From Macrostomum lignano (Eukaryota), in assembly GCA_002269645.1 (NCBI GenBank), contig NIVC01000172.1, forward strand, positions 396,558 to 460,557: DNA of 64,000 nucleotides. The letters run 5' to 3'. The translations under genes were made by a program, and so were the position numbers. The notes under the pieces are model-generated. The model was not told the DNA's origin. It worked only from the letters and a program-made list of their open reading frames with translations, and searched no databases. How positions within the stretch are numbered: position 1 is the stretch's first letter; every line of letters starts with the position of its first letter. Below, in pieces: positions 1-9,682 of the stretch.

Positions 1-2667
1 CGTTACGGCAGAACGCACACTATACAAGTGCTGCGGCAACAACGAACTCCAACTCGAGTGGAATCACGAAACGACTACTCCCAACAACAGCAACTGATAC
101 CACCGAGACAAGCGCCAACACCTTCGGCACCCATCGAAACGATTGAACTTCGCGCCACCCTTCCGCCACCACGGAGACCACCACCAGAACCGAAAGTTCC
201 AAAATGGCCAGCAAACTACTCATACGCCTTTGTTTTGAAGCACCTAACAACAGCAACAATGATCAACCTGTGGTGCCGCAACGCACCGCATACTCGACAC
301 AGATGCACCGCCCTCATTGACAGCGGCGCCTCGATCTCCTGCATCTCACCGGCATTCGCCAAAAAGCTTCGAGTACCATTACAAGACACCAACATGAACG
401 CCATTTGTGCAGGAGGACAACAACTAAACCTCAACAAAAAGGCTACTTTTGATCTCGAAATCGATGGACGCAACCACAAGATATCGGCCTTTGTGCTCGA
501 CACCCCCGACGCTGACTATGATTTGCTCTTAGGAGTAGAAACCTTTAAGTCACTGGGAATACCACTACAATTCGACTACTCGAAAGCGACAGCTAAGCTT
601 GGCAATGAGCAATTTGCGATGCTCAACTCCATCCAACAGTTGCAAGAAACCTCTGCGGTGATGCAAAACAAGCTAGAGTTACCACCACAGACAACGCACC
701 AAGTCACGCTGAAACTCTCTTCTCGACATGAGCCAACGATTCCTGTCCTGTTCGTCCCTAAGGACCACACGATCCAGAAACACCAGTTGATGATACCAAC
801 TTGCCTTGTTTCTGTCAACCCGGACGGACAAACTATCACTGTGGAAATTGCCAACCCGTCGCTGACAACGCAAACCTTGCATCCTCAACAAGTCATTGGA
901 AATCTGGCTAACATGTCTGACTACAACATCGTGCGCCCAGCAGCTCAAATCAACAGTCTCCGCACGCTGCAACAAGAAGCACCTACGACTGACATGATCC
1001 GTACTCAACTCAAACAAGCCAACCAGCACCTCTCAACCGAGCAGAGTGAACAATTAGTTACTCTAATGAACAAGTACCGTGACGTCTTGGCACTACTGCC
1101 AACCGACATGGGTTGCTCTACCCAATACACGGCTCACCTGCATCTACACCCACACTCTGAGCCAGTCACGTCCAGACCCTATCCAATCGCTCATGGACTA
1201 CAAGAACGGTTTGATGAGCTCATCGAAAACTTCCGTCAAAAAGGAATCATCAGTCCGAGTGAATCGGAATACTCAAGTCCATGTCTTCTCGTGGAAAAGA
1301 AGACGCTCGACGCTCAAGGTCGCCGACAACTAAGACTCGTGACGGATTACCGAAAACTGAACAAGCTAATTCGTGCTCCTAGCATCCGACCTCCGAAGAT
1401 TCCGGATTTGCTACATCGATTGAAGAACGCTAAACTGTACACACTCTGTGACCTAGCAGATGCTTTCTACCAAGTTCGGATCGATCCAGAAAGCACAAAA
1501 TACACTGCGTTCATTGCACCCAACGGCCTACTTTGGGAATTCAATCGACTACCTCAAGGACTCAAGTCCAGTCCTAGCTTAATGTGCCGTCTTGTAGCAT
1601 TGTTAACAGCTGACTCTCCAAATCAGATTGCCTACTTGGATGACGTCATGCTCATCGCCGAAGACTTCACCGGCATGCTCAAAGAAATCGAACGCTTCTT
1701 CCAAAAGTTACGACATCATGGATTGCGAATTTCACTACGAAAATGCATCTTTGCTAAAACAGAGGTACAATATCTTGGATTTGTTGTTTCTGCTCAAGGC
1801 ATTAGACCAGCCCCAGCCTTATCGAGAAAATCAAACCTTTCCTGTGCCTCAACGGTTAAACAACTACAATCTTTCCTTGGACTTGCAAATTTCTACCGAA
1901 CGCACATTGCTGGCTACTCACGAGTAGTACAGCCACTTCTGAGTATTATCAAAAATACTTCAAAACCCAACAAATTCGTCTGGACGAACGCTGCGCAAAC
2001 AGCCTTTGAAAAGCTGAAACAACTTCTCTCTACGGATATACTACTGGTTCATCCAAATCCGCGAAAACCGTACTTCCTGCACACTGATGCCTCGGATACC
2101 GCCATTGGAGCAGTACTATCACAGCTAGACGACAGCAACCACCAACGCCCGGTTGCCTACATTTCTAAGACGTTAAGCTCAACTGAACAACGCTACCCAC
2201 CGATTGAACGCGAAGCATACGCCATCTATTGGGCAATAAAGAAGCTACACGTGTTCCTCTACGCTTCTTACCAACAGTTCCACGTCTTCACTGATCACCA
2301 GCCACTCAAGAGTCTATTCAGTGACAAGCAGCCAATTTCAAAACGACTTCAGAAGTGGATTCTAGCGCTACAAGATTACAACTTCACTCTCAACTATGTG
2401 AAAGGCAAATCAAACGTAGTAGCGGACTGCCTTTCACGCATCCCCAAAGTCTGTCAGATACAATCGCTGTCAACATTCAACGGACTGCAGGATGCCATTG
2501 ATCAAGACCCATTACTGTCAACAATCAAAGCACTTCTATCGAAAAATCACCCACTCACGAGCTGTCCAAGAAAGACCAACAATATGTTCGCCGACACCTG
2601 GCACGTTATTTCCTGGACGGAAACACTCTATACTTTGAAGATGACGAAGGACGAAGCCGCCTCGTGA
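1..2667 (+). CDS. pol: Pol (partial): Env cytoplasmic tail, aspartic protease, RT, RNase H
   Basis: Motifs ALIDSGAS, LPQGLKSSP, YLDD, TDAS...E...D. Frame is open from base 1. Three compensating 1-bp deletions at ~1815-1855 and a frameshift at ~2545 relative to copy 2. Confidence 0.93.
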   Translation, partial: RYGRTHTIQVLRQQRTPTRVESRNDYSQQQQLIPPRQAPTPSAPIETIELRATLPPPRRPPPEPKVPKWPANYSYAFVLKHLTTATMINLWCRNAPHTRHRCTALIDSGASISCISPAFAKKLRVPLQDTNMNAICAGGQQLNLNKKATFDLEIDGRNHKISAFVLDTPDADYDLLLGVETFKSLGIPLQFDYSKATAKLGNEQFAMLNSIQQLQETSAVMQNKLELPPQTTHQVTLKLSSRHEPTIPVLFVPKDHTIQKHQLMIPTCLVSVNPDGQTITVEIANPSLTTQTLHPQQVIGNLANMSDYNIVRPAAQINSLRTLQQEAPTTDMIRTQLKQANQHLSTEQSEQLVTLMNKYRDVLALLPTDMGCSTQYTAHLHLHPHSEPVTSRPYPIAHGLQERFDELIENFRQKGIISPSESEYSSPCLLVEKKTLDAQGRRQLRLVTDYRKLNKLIRAPSIRPPKIPDLLHRLKNAKLYTLCDLADAFYQVRIDPESTKYTAFIAPNGLLWEFNRLPQGLKSSPSLMCRLVALLTADSPNQIAYLDDVMLIAEDFTGMLKEIERFFQKLRHHGLRISLRKCIFAKTEVQYLGFVVSAQGIRPAPALSRKSNLSCASTVKQLQSFLGLANFYRTHIAGYSRVVQPLLSIIKNTSKPNKFVWTNAAQTAFEKLKQLLSTDILLVHPNPRKPYFLHTDASDTAIGAVLSQLDDSNHQRPVAYISKTLSSTEQRYPPIEREAYAIYWAIKKLHVFLYASYQQFHVFTDHQPLKSLFSDKQPISKRLQKWILALQDYNFTLNYVKGKSNVVADCLSRIPKVCQIQSLSTFNGLQDAIDQDPLLSTIKALLSKNHPLTSCPRKTNNMFADTWHVISWTETLYTLKMTKDEAAS

Positions 2668-3914
2668 TACCAACACGCTATCGTGAAGCTCTTTTGACAA
2701 GTAACCACTCGACAGCCCTTGGTGGTCATCTAGGTCACCAAAAGACAGCAGACAAAATCAGTCATTTCTACTACTGGCCTACACTACGGCAAGACGTCTT
2801 CAATTTCATTAACAACTGCGAAATCTGCCACAAAGCGAAAACAGCACCTCGACTGCGACCGCTGCACAAAGCCGTCAAATTCAACGAGGTTTTCTCTCAT
2901 TTGGCTATCGACCTTGTAGGTCCACTGCCACCAGCTTCACACGGCCGCGACGTCTACAAGTACATACTCACAGCCCAATGCGGCGTTAGCAAATTCCTGT
3001 TCACTATCCCGCTAACTGAGACAACTTCTGCAACTATCTGCAACAACCTCTTCAACCGTGTGTTCGCTTTCGCAGGACTACCAGCACACATCATCTCAGA
3101 TAACGGACCCCAATTCATCTCGCAAGAATTTCGAGAGTTTATGGGTGCCCTTGGAATCCATCTAATCTACACCTCGGTGTACCAACCATCCAGCAACTTC
3201 GTCGAACGCGCACACAAGACACTGAAGCAAACCCTTACGGCCTTTGTCCATGACAAACCAGATCTCTGGATTGACTTCCTACCTGCGGTGACACTAGCAA
3301 TCAATACCGCCGCACACTCAACGATGAATGAATCACCATTCTACTTGTTCTTCGCTCGAGACTTCCTGCCACCCAACGCACGGATCATGGAACACCAGAC
3401 AACTGCATACATGGACGTTATTAAACCAGTCAATTTGACCTGTTCAGCTATTTTGCTTGCCAGAGAAGTCGCCAAGGAACTTCTGCACAACTCAGCTGAA
3501 CAGCGCGCTGAAAACTCTGACAAGAAGATCAACCGCCGCTACATACGCCCAGGTGCACGATGCTACTTGGATGTCTCAGCAACAAAGGAGACAAAATTCT
3601 CCAATCCTTATCGTGGCCCAATGCGTCTATTAGCATGGCTCTCCGATCAGAACGCACTGATTTCTGACGTCAACCGACCAAGCGAACGACCAATCGTGGT
3701 GCATGCCTCCAAGCTGAAACCATGGCCTGGAGATGGACTCAGCGCTGGACCTAGTCACCTACCTGAGTTCACAACTGATGACATTCAGGTCCACCACAAC
3801 CATCGGCCGCCATTGAGCAAGTCCATCGCGCTGCAAACCACGTCTACTGATGAGCCACCAGTTCAGCCACAGACGCATGGCTACAACCTAAGATCAAAGA
3901 ACAAGAAGTCGTGA
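2664..3914 (+). CDS. Integrase (C-terminal part of Pol)
   Basis: HHCC zinc finger (H-x6-H...CEIC), DDE triad (AIDLVG, SDNGPQF, VERAH), GP-containing C-terminal module. Joined to RH in copy 2. Confidence 0.95.
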   Translation: MIPTRYREALLTSNHSTALGGHLGHQKTADKISHFYYWPTLRQDVFNFINNCEICHKAKTAPRLRPLHKAVKFNEVFSHLAIDLVGPLPPASHGRDVYKYILTAQCGVSKFLFTIPLTETTSATICNNLFNRVFAFAGLPAHIISDNGPQFISQEFREFMGALGIHLIYTSVYQPSSNFVERAHKTLKQTLTAFVHDKPDLWIDFLPAVTLAINTAAHSTMNESPFYLFFARDFLPPNARIMEHQTTAYMDVIKPVNLTCSAILLAREVAKELLHNSAEQRAENSDKKINRRYIRPGARCYLDVSATKETKFSNPYRGPMRLLAWLSDQNALISDVNRPSERPIVVHASKLKPWPGDGLSAGPSHLPEFTTDDIQVHHNHRPPLSKSIALQTTSTDEPPVQPQTHGYNLRSKNKKS

Positions 3915-4195
3915 ATGATCAAAAAACCTTCTAAACTTCTTTTCTCCTTTCTTTTCCTTAACTGACAATATTGCTTTCTCTTCCTTTCTTTCTCTTCTTT
4001 TTTCTTTCCTTCTTTTCTAGCTTTTGCTCTCTCTCTGCATTGCGACACTTTACGTGACTATAATGAACTTTTATTTTCCGTTTTATCAACAAAAGCTACA
4101 AAAAATTTCTCTCTTTTCCCTCTTTACATTGCAGAGCTCACACGCTAAAACAATATTTTGTGTATCTATTGCTTTTCTCCTTTTTCCTTTCTCTT

Positions 4196-5152
4196 ATGGA
4201 TCCATTTCCGCAACCAGTGGATATCCGACCACAGTTAAATCATGATCTTATTTGCCTCGCAACCGTTGTTGCTTGGTTCACTGAAGCAATATTTTATTCT
4301 GAAACTATTGGTGAACACCAACGGCTACGCATGGCCTCCGCTTTCTTCTCTCGTTTTTATGTTATCCGCTGCCATCGCTTTTATCCTAAGATGCTCCGCG
4401 TTTTACGAAATAGTCTATTTGGTATGCTGCGTCGTACTCACTCACGACCACGTATACAGAACTTTTCTCCCACTATGAATGATGTTCTCAGCCGCAGCTT
4501 CGTACCAATCATACATTTTCTTTTCTCTCCTGATATGTCTATCGACGATTTCTTTCAACTCTCTGCTTCTACTCTCCCTCAATCATGCCTGCGCTTTAAC
4601 CAAGACACTTGGCCTTTGTTGCTTTCCTCTCTGCGCTACCCATGGCAACAATTCCGCCATGATGCTGCTAATCTTTCGGCGCAAAAGTTAACTTCTACGC
4701 TCCAAAACTATTTAACCTCCTTCGATTCTCTCGCCCCTTATGTTTATCAAATTTTTCCTCCATTTTCTCCTCGTGCTACTAAGAGCGCTATCATACGCAC
4801 GCTAAATCGTTTGTATCCGCACAATTTTTTCTTTACCCACGCTGTTTTCATTCTCTCAACGCGTTCAAGAAACTTTGCTTTTATAATTATCGATTTTTAT
4901 TCTCGCTCGGTAGTTGCCCATACTATCTTCCCTTTCTCTTGTCCTCCGCTTCGTCGATATTTATACGATATTCACCGTATACGAAATGCTCTTGTTGGCT
5001 ACCCTAACACCTTGCCAGAGTATGCCGCTCTTCATACCTTCTCCATCAAGCGTATTCAGCATTCTCCTCCTTCTGATCTTAATATTAATTTTGCTCGACT
5101 GGCATACGCTCTTTTTTATGACTTGATTCACCATCATCACTCACTATTTTAA
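4196..5152 (+). CDS. Orphan accessory ORF-X (~318 aa) downstream of integrase
   Basis: Long open frame in T-rich DNA. ATG at 4196 follows a polypyrimidine tract and AG. No family recognised. Confidence 0.6.
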   Translation: MDPFPQPVDIRPQLNHDLICLATVVAWFTEAIFYSETIGEHQRLRMASAFFSRFYVIRCHRFYPKMLRVLRNSLFGMLRRTHSRPRIQNFSPTMNDVLSRSFVPIIHFLFSPDMSIDDFFQLSASTLPQSCLRFNQDTWPLLLSSLRYPWQQFRHDAANLSAQKLTSTLQNYLTSFDSLAPYVYQIFPPFSPRATKSAIIRTLNRLYPHNFFFTHAVFILSTRSRNFAFIIIDFYSRSVVAHTIFPFSCPPLRRYLYDIHRIRNALVGYPNTLPEYAALHTFSIKRIQHSPPSDLNINFARLAYALFYDLIHHHHSLF

Positions 5153-5334
5153 TCCGCTTTTTCTTCAATATTGAGCGCTGAAACACTACAAAAATTGTTC
5201 AAAAATACTCAAAAAAATATTTTCCGTTCTTCTGCCTATTACCCCTCCGCTCTTTTGCGCTCACTTGTGTAAAGCTTATGTTATTTTTCTCTGTTATTCT
5301 GTCAACTGCTTTTTCAAAAGTCATCACGCGCTAG

Positions 5335-5390
5335 CCTGCTCAACCCTGCTCAACCCTGCTCAACCCTGCTCAACCCTGCCCAACCCTGAC
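5335..5390 (+). repeat. 10-bp tandem repeat (caaccctgct) x~5.5
   Basis: Read directly. Also present at 19621-19676. Confidence 0.9.
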
Positions 5391-5707
5391 CTACACGACT
5401 GCTGCTCTGTGCCTGGTCACTGCCAATTGCTGTCTCTGGCGCTGCTTCAACCAAATTCATGCCACAACCTTGATCTACGCAGCCATCGCCCTACACTATG
5501 CCTGGTCTCTGCAAATCGCTGTCCCTGGCGCTGCTTTCACCTAAGTCAACCAACTAGCACTAAAGCATACGGCTCAACAACGTTTGTTCCTTCATGACTG
5601 CACAGTCTGCTCATCTGACAACTTCGGCATCACATCAAGTGGTGGCCCTGAAAAGGGCCGTTTCAACATTCAAAAGACCGGCAGAGCCGACAGAGCAACC
5701 AGGGCTC

Positions 5708-5977
5708 TTACACGGCCGCTTCTGCCGACTCGGCCGGCGGCGCTTCTTCATCAGCCGCAGCAGCCGATGCCTCAGGCGCGCCCGACCGACAACAGTTGCG
5801 CCGACAACAACGACAGCAACGGCAACATTGGCACAGCAGCAGCAGCAGCACCAGCACTCCCAGCACAGTGAGAAGGACGAGAGTGATCGCCCACCGCCTG
5901 TCGCCAAGGTCCCAATCATCTTGGGACCGCTTTGCTAAGTCGCCTAGCAAAAACCGCAAGTTCTTCCTTGTGCTCAT
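5708..5977 (-). CDS. Antisense 89-aa single-pass membrane protein with Cys/Arg-rich juxtamembrane motif
   Basis: ATG at 5977, TM segment WAITLVLLTVLGVLVLLLLL, then CQCCRCCRCCRRNCCR and an acidic tail. TATATAA on the minus strand at 6062-6056. Confidence 0.55.
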   Translation of the reverse strand: MSTRKNLRFLLGDLAKRSQDDWDLGDRRWAITLVLLTVLGVLVLLLLLCQCCRCCRCCRRNCCRSGAPEASAAAADEEAPPAESAEAAV

Positions 5978-6631
5978 GATGAATCGAATTTACCTGATTA
6001 TTAACCGTCAGTTAAAAAATCGCTTAACTCGCCTTGCTCCATTTTCAGCTTTGTGTTATATACCCCTTTGGACTGTACACTTTTTCCTAGAATTTTTATC
6101 TCCCTTTCGTTCCCCAGTTAAAAAAATTTAACTTCTACCTTGTACATGATTTATTAGCTGCGCGGTTCCTCGCTAACCCCCCCCCCCAACTTTCGCTGTA
6201 CAATGATTTTTATTACCCTCCTTTTAATTCAACGCGTTTTCATTTTAAGCTTGCGTCGTTCAACCCCCGCTTTGCTTTATACACCTATTTTATCGATTTT
6301 TTTTGGTTCACCCTTGCTACGTTTTATTCCATCCTTACTTTACCAACTAGTTTTGCCTCGCCTGACTAAATGCCCTTCTTCGCGCTCTCCTTCTTCTCGC
6401 TGTTTAAAATGATGTTGTACTTTAACCTATGTTACCTTGCTTAAATTGGTTCCCTTTTACTCAAACATTTTTGATAACATTATTCACTGCGCACTATTTT
6501 TTCTGCAACAACTTTTCACGTTTAATACAATGCGTTATCTTTTTCTGCAATTTTATCAATTTTAACCCCTGCTATACTTTTTCTGTTTTTATGCGCTCGG
6601 AGGGCCTCGCTTCCCCGAAAAATAGAGCGAA

Positions 6632-7288
6632 TGAAGTGATACATTTTGACTCAAGAAAGTTCCCATCCAGATTCAATGTATTTTAACCAATGAATGCGCT
6701 CCAAATAACAAAAGCCGAGGACACGACCCCAATCTCAACCAATGAAAAACAGTTATGTACCATCCAATGCGATCAAGACTGAAAAGTACTATAAAAGCTC
6801 ATGTTAACCAAGCAAGAAGCCCCCCCTTTCTCGCTCCGCCTCTCCTCGCCTTTTCTCTCCTTCGCCCTTCTCCCAGCCGACCTCCTTTTGACTAATTTTG
6901 ATTAACACAGTTAGGGTCTCAACCCAAACGCTAAAACTGATAAATTGACTCACTAAAGCTAAACCAACACCCAATCCACGTTCTACAATAGACTGAACCT
7001 TCGGTTCACCCGAACAATTAGAAACACCTTGTGACTTAAATCGAACGAGCTTCTTATTTGGAATTCCACCTTAGACATTATATTTTGTGAGAAAACATCT
7101 CGAGATCGTGACCATCAAATACAACGGTCTGTAAGTTAACATCAAGTGTTTGCATCATCAGGAAAAGTCAGTTGAATCCGCCGCCTCAGTTATTCGGCTC
7201 TCACATTGATATTTGAAGTAGAACAAGAGCCATAGAAGTGAGAGACCAGAAGAAGAACAATAACGCACATATATTTTAAAATATTTCA
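6632..7288 (+). repeat. LTR (shared between copy 1 and copy 2)
   Basis: The 3' end is fixed by divergence from the second LTR and by the PBS. The 5' end is inferred from purine tract gaaaaatagagcgaa (6617-6631) followed by TGAA, giving TGAA...TTCA termini. Confidence 0.75.
6687..6797 (+). promoter_or_regulatory. LTR U3 promoter: four CCAAT boxes and TATAAAAG
   Basis: CCAAT at 6687, 6729, 6739, 6764. TATAAAAG at 6790-6797. Confidence 0.6.
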
Positions 7289-7289
7289 C

Positions 7290-7303
7290 TGGTTCCCTGA
7301 CCG
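7290..7303 (+). other. Primer binding site complementary to tRNA-Glu 3' end
   Basis: TGGTTCCCTGACCG lies 1 nt after the LTR end. It is the reverse complement of ...CGGTCAGGGAACCA, as in eukaryotic tRNA-Glu(CUC). Confidence 0.85.
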
Positions 7304-9289
7304 TACTTTTCCTCCGATGCTTTTCACCACAATAGCCGCTATGCCCTGCATGGGGTAGACAGCTATAGGCGTGGCTGATGGGTGTGAACGGTTGGACTGG
7401 CTTCCCCCCCCCCTCCCCTTTGAGCATTCGAGACTGTCAATAATACATATTCGAAGAATGAATCGTAAATCACGAGCTCTCAAATTCAAATTCAGAATTC
7501 AAATCGGTTCTAAGTTTTGTCCAGTGCACTGAGACCTGATTCAAGTTATTTCAAATTCAAAGGATCCATGAAAGTCAATAAATTATCGTTCCGGAACAAT
7601 TACAATTTCAATTTCACTTCAATTCAAGAAACGTCGTCGAACGTCTGATATCGAGTTCTTATTCTCAAGCCTCAGAGCTTCAATGCAGAAATTCAATTCA
7701 GTTATTCGGATCCTCAATTGTTAAAGCTTCAAAGCTTCGATTTTTCAAAAGACCGCGGCATCATCAATTGTTCAAGTTTATTTAATGTTGGACGCCTCTT
7801 CCTTCACTGCTTTTCCACAGAATAGCAAAGTCTGCTCTGGATTTCTTCATATATATTTGAAACTCTCCAAAGCGACTGAGCCATTCGATTTCCTCCTCGG
7901 TTTTTCCCAGTGTGTGGCCACATCTAGAAAACTGGCTTATCTTAGATTCTCTGCGCCGTTAAGCGCCCGAAAGAAAGAACGAAAACGCAAAAAACCTGAC
8001 GAGCTATTCCAACCAAGTCACTACAGTAAACATCAATCAAAATCTGGAGCCACCACTTTCTTGCTGTCAGAAAACTTTTTCGCTTATCAGACAGGTTGCT
8101 TGTCTAACCATTCATTATCTTCCTTGATTAAAGCCCAAGATTCGCTGTTTGCCAAGCCTGCGTGCTTCATCTGGAAAACCTTGCTTATTTTCGTAGACCG
8201 CTTGCCTAGCCTTCCATCACTTTTTCTTGATTAAACAATCCAAACTCACTGTTTGCAAAGCCCACGAGCCCCATCCATCAAATCCTCATCGACCCAAGTT
8301 TGTTTTTTCGGATTGCTGATTCTGGCGGTTGCCCTTTATAGATCATTTTGATGTAGAGATTAGGATGCTAGGGAATTTTCTTGTGTGTTTATTCAGCTTC
8401 AGTGCCCTCCAACAAATCCTTATCTTAAACAAGCTGCCCAAGTCAGACTTCGCGCGCATACTTAATCTCCTAGAGAGACCTCCTTTCTTAATTAAAGCCA
8501 TCAATCAACTTCATTTCCCACGAGAAAATCTTTTCCTTAATCAAACTGTCCAGGCCAGCTCCATCCTGCCACTCACTCTCCGGTTCAGCGACCTTTTCAC
8601 GATCTCTGATAAACAATTTCCCCAGGAATTTTTTTCCTTTCCTAGCCATTTCCCGTTTTTGTATGATGGATTAAGATCCAAACAACTTCTACTTTTCTCT
8701 CATCTCCCTATTGCCAAAGGCAATACATGTTTAGTGTTCCTCAGCACCGACTCCCCGAGCTCCATACATGTACCATAATCTTTCCTTGTCTCTTGTTCAT
8801 GGTTTTCTTTCTATCATTGTCCTCGTTACGTCTATAATTGCATTGCAAAAATACTACTTCAAAATAACCATTAGATCGCAAAAATAATAAAATTTGAAAA
8901 CACAAAAAAAACAATACCATTGCTTATAGTTCATCTCGTATAATCCGTACTGCTCTTATCATGTTAAAGTTACAAAATGATCAGTCCGATCAATAAAAAA
9001 TTATAAAATTTTCAAAAAAATTAAAAAATAGCAAATTTATAAAACTACAAAAACATTACTCTACGTTTGCTTAAAATTATGAAATCAACCCCCTAGCTGA
9101 AACTCGTCAGATAGTTCAAAATTCAAATTCGAAATTCAAAAAGCCAGAACAAATTCTCAGAAGAAAACTGCCGACTTCAAGAAAAAGAATACTGCCGACT
9201 TCAATGATACAAATTCGATTTTATTGGCCACCACTGATGTCCGTCTAGTCCAACATTCAGGAGCTCCTTTATCAAATTCAGTTTCAATA

Positions 9290-9483
9290 AAAGTTTCAGA
9301 ACCGATCAAAACGGCAGTTCAATTCAAAATTTCAAAATTCAAAGTTTCAGAACCGATCAAAACGGCAGTTCAATTCAAAATTTCAAAATTCAAAGTTTCA
9401 GAACCGATCAAAACGGCAGTTCAATTCAAAATTTCAAAATTCAAAGTTTCAGAACCGATCAAAAGGCAGTTCAATTCAAAATT
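9290..9483 (+). repeat. 51-bp tandem repeat x~3.8 in the element leader
   Basis: aaagtttcagaaccgatcaaaacggcagttcaattcaaaatttcaaaattc repeats with period 51. Confidence 0.95.
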
Positions 9484-9682
9484 ACTTCGATTTCCAAAGC
9501 TCGTTGCAGATCACAGTTAAAAAATCACACAGTCTCTCTTTCTCTCCCTTCCCCAGCCAGTCCGCCAACCGCAACCCTGAAAGCCACTGCCGTTTGCTCA
9601 CCTTGAATTTGACACTCTACTTTGCTATTAGTTACATTTTTGTGCTATTGTTGCCTTGAAATTATTGATTGAATTCTTGTTA

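Larger units (their letters stand above)
1..7288 (+). mobile_element. Ty3/Gypsy LTR retroelement, copy 1 (5' part outside window), ending in the shared LTR
   Basis: Matches 14283-21572 at >99% by eye (offset ~14282-14287). Domain order is PR-RT-RNaseH-IN. Ends ...ATATTTCA at 7288, followed by a PBS. Confidence 0.95.

Noticed and set aside
20-3532. Short ORFs overlapping pol in other frames or strands (and their copies at 14.3-17.8 kb)
   Set aside because: Shadow ORFs of a strongly supported coding frame.
5584-6131. Sense-strand ORFs 5584-5871, 5594-5938, 5796-6131 and antisense 5635-5919
   Set aside because: These are open frames from cag/caa triplet-rich DNA with no coherent domain. The 5708-5977 frame has the better start, promoter and architecture, though this is not proven.
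6447-6455. Second PBS-like tggttccct upstream of the LTR
   Set aside because: Only 9 nt and not adjacent to an LTR end, so compatible with chance.
7785-8778. Two 149-codon leader ORFs with a repeated SLFAKP-type segment
   Set aside because: Both have TTG starts, stops between them and no recognisable homology. They could be decayed coding sequence but are unsupported.
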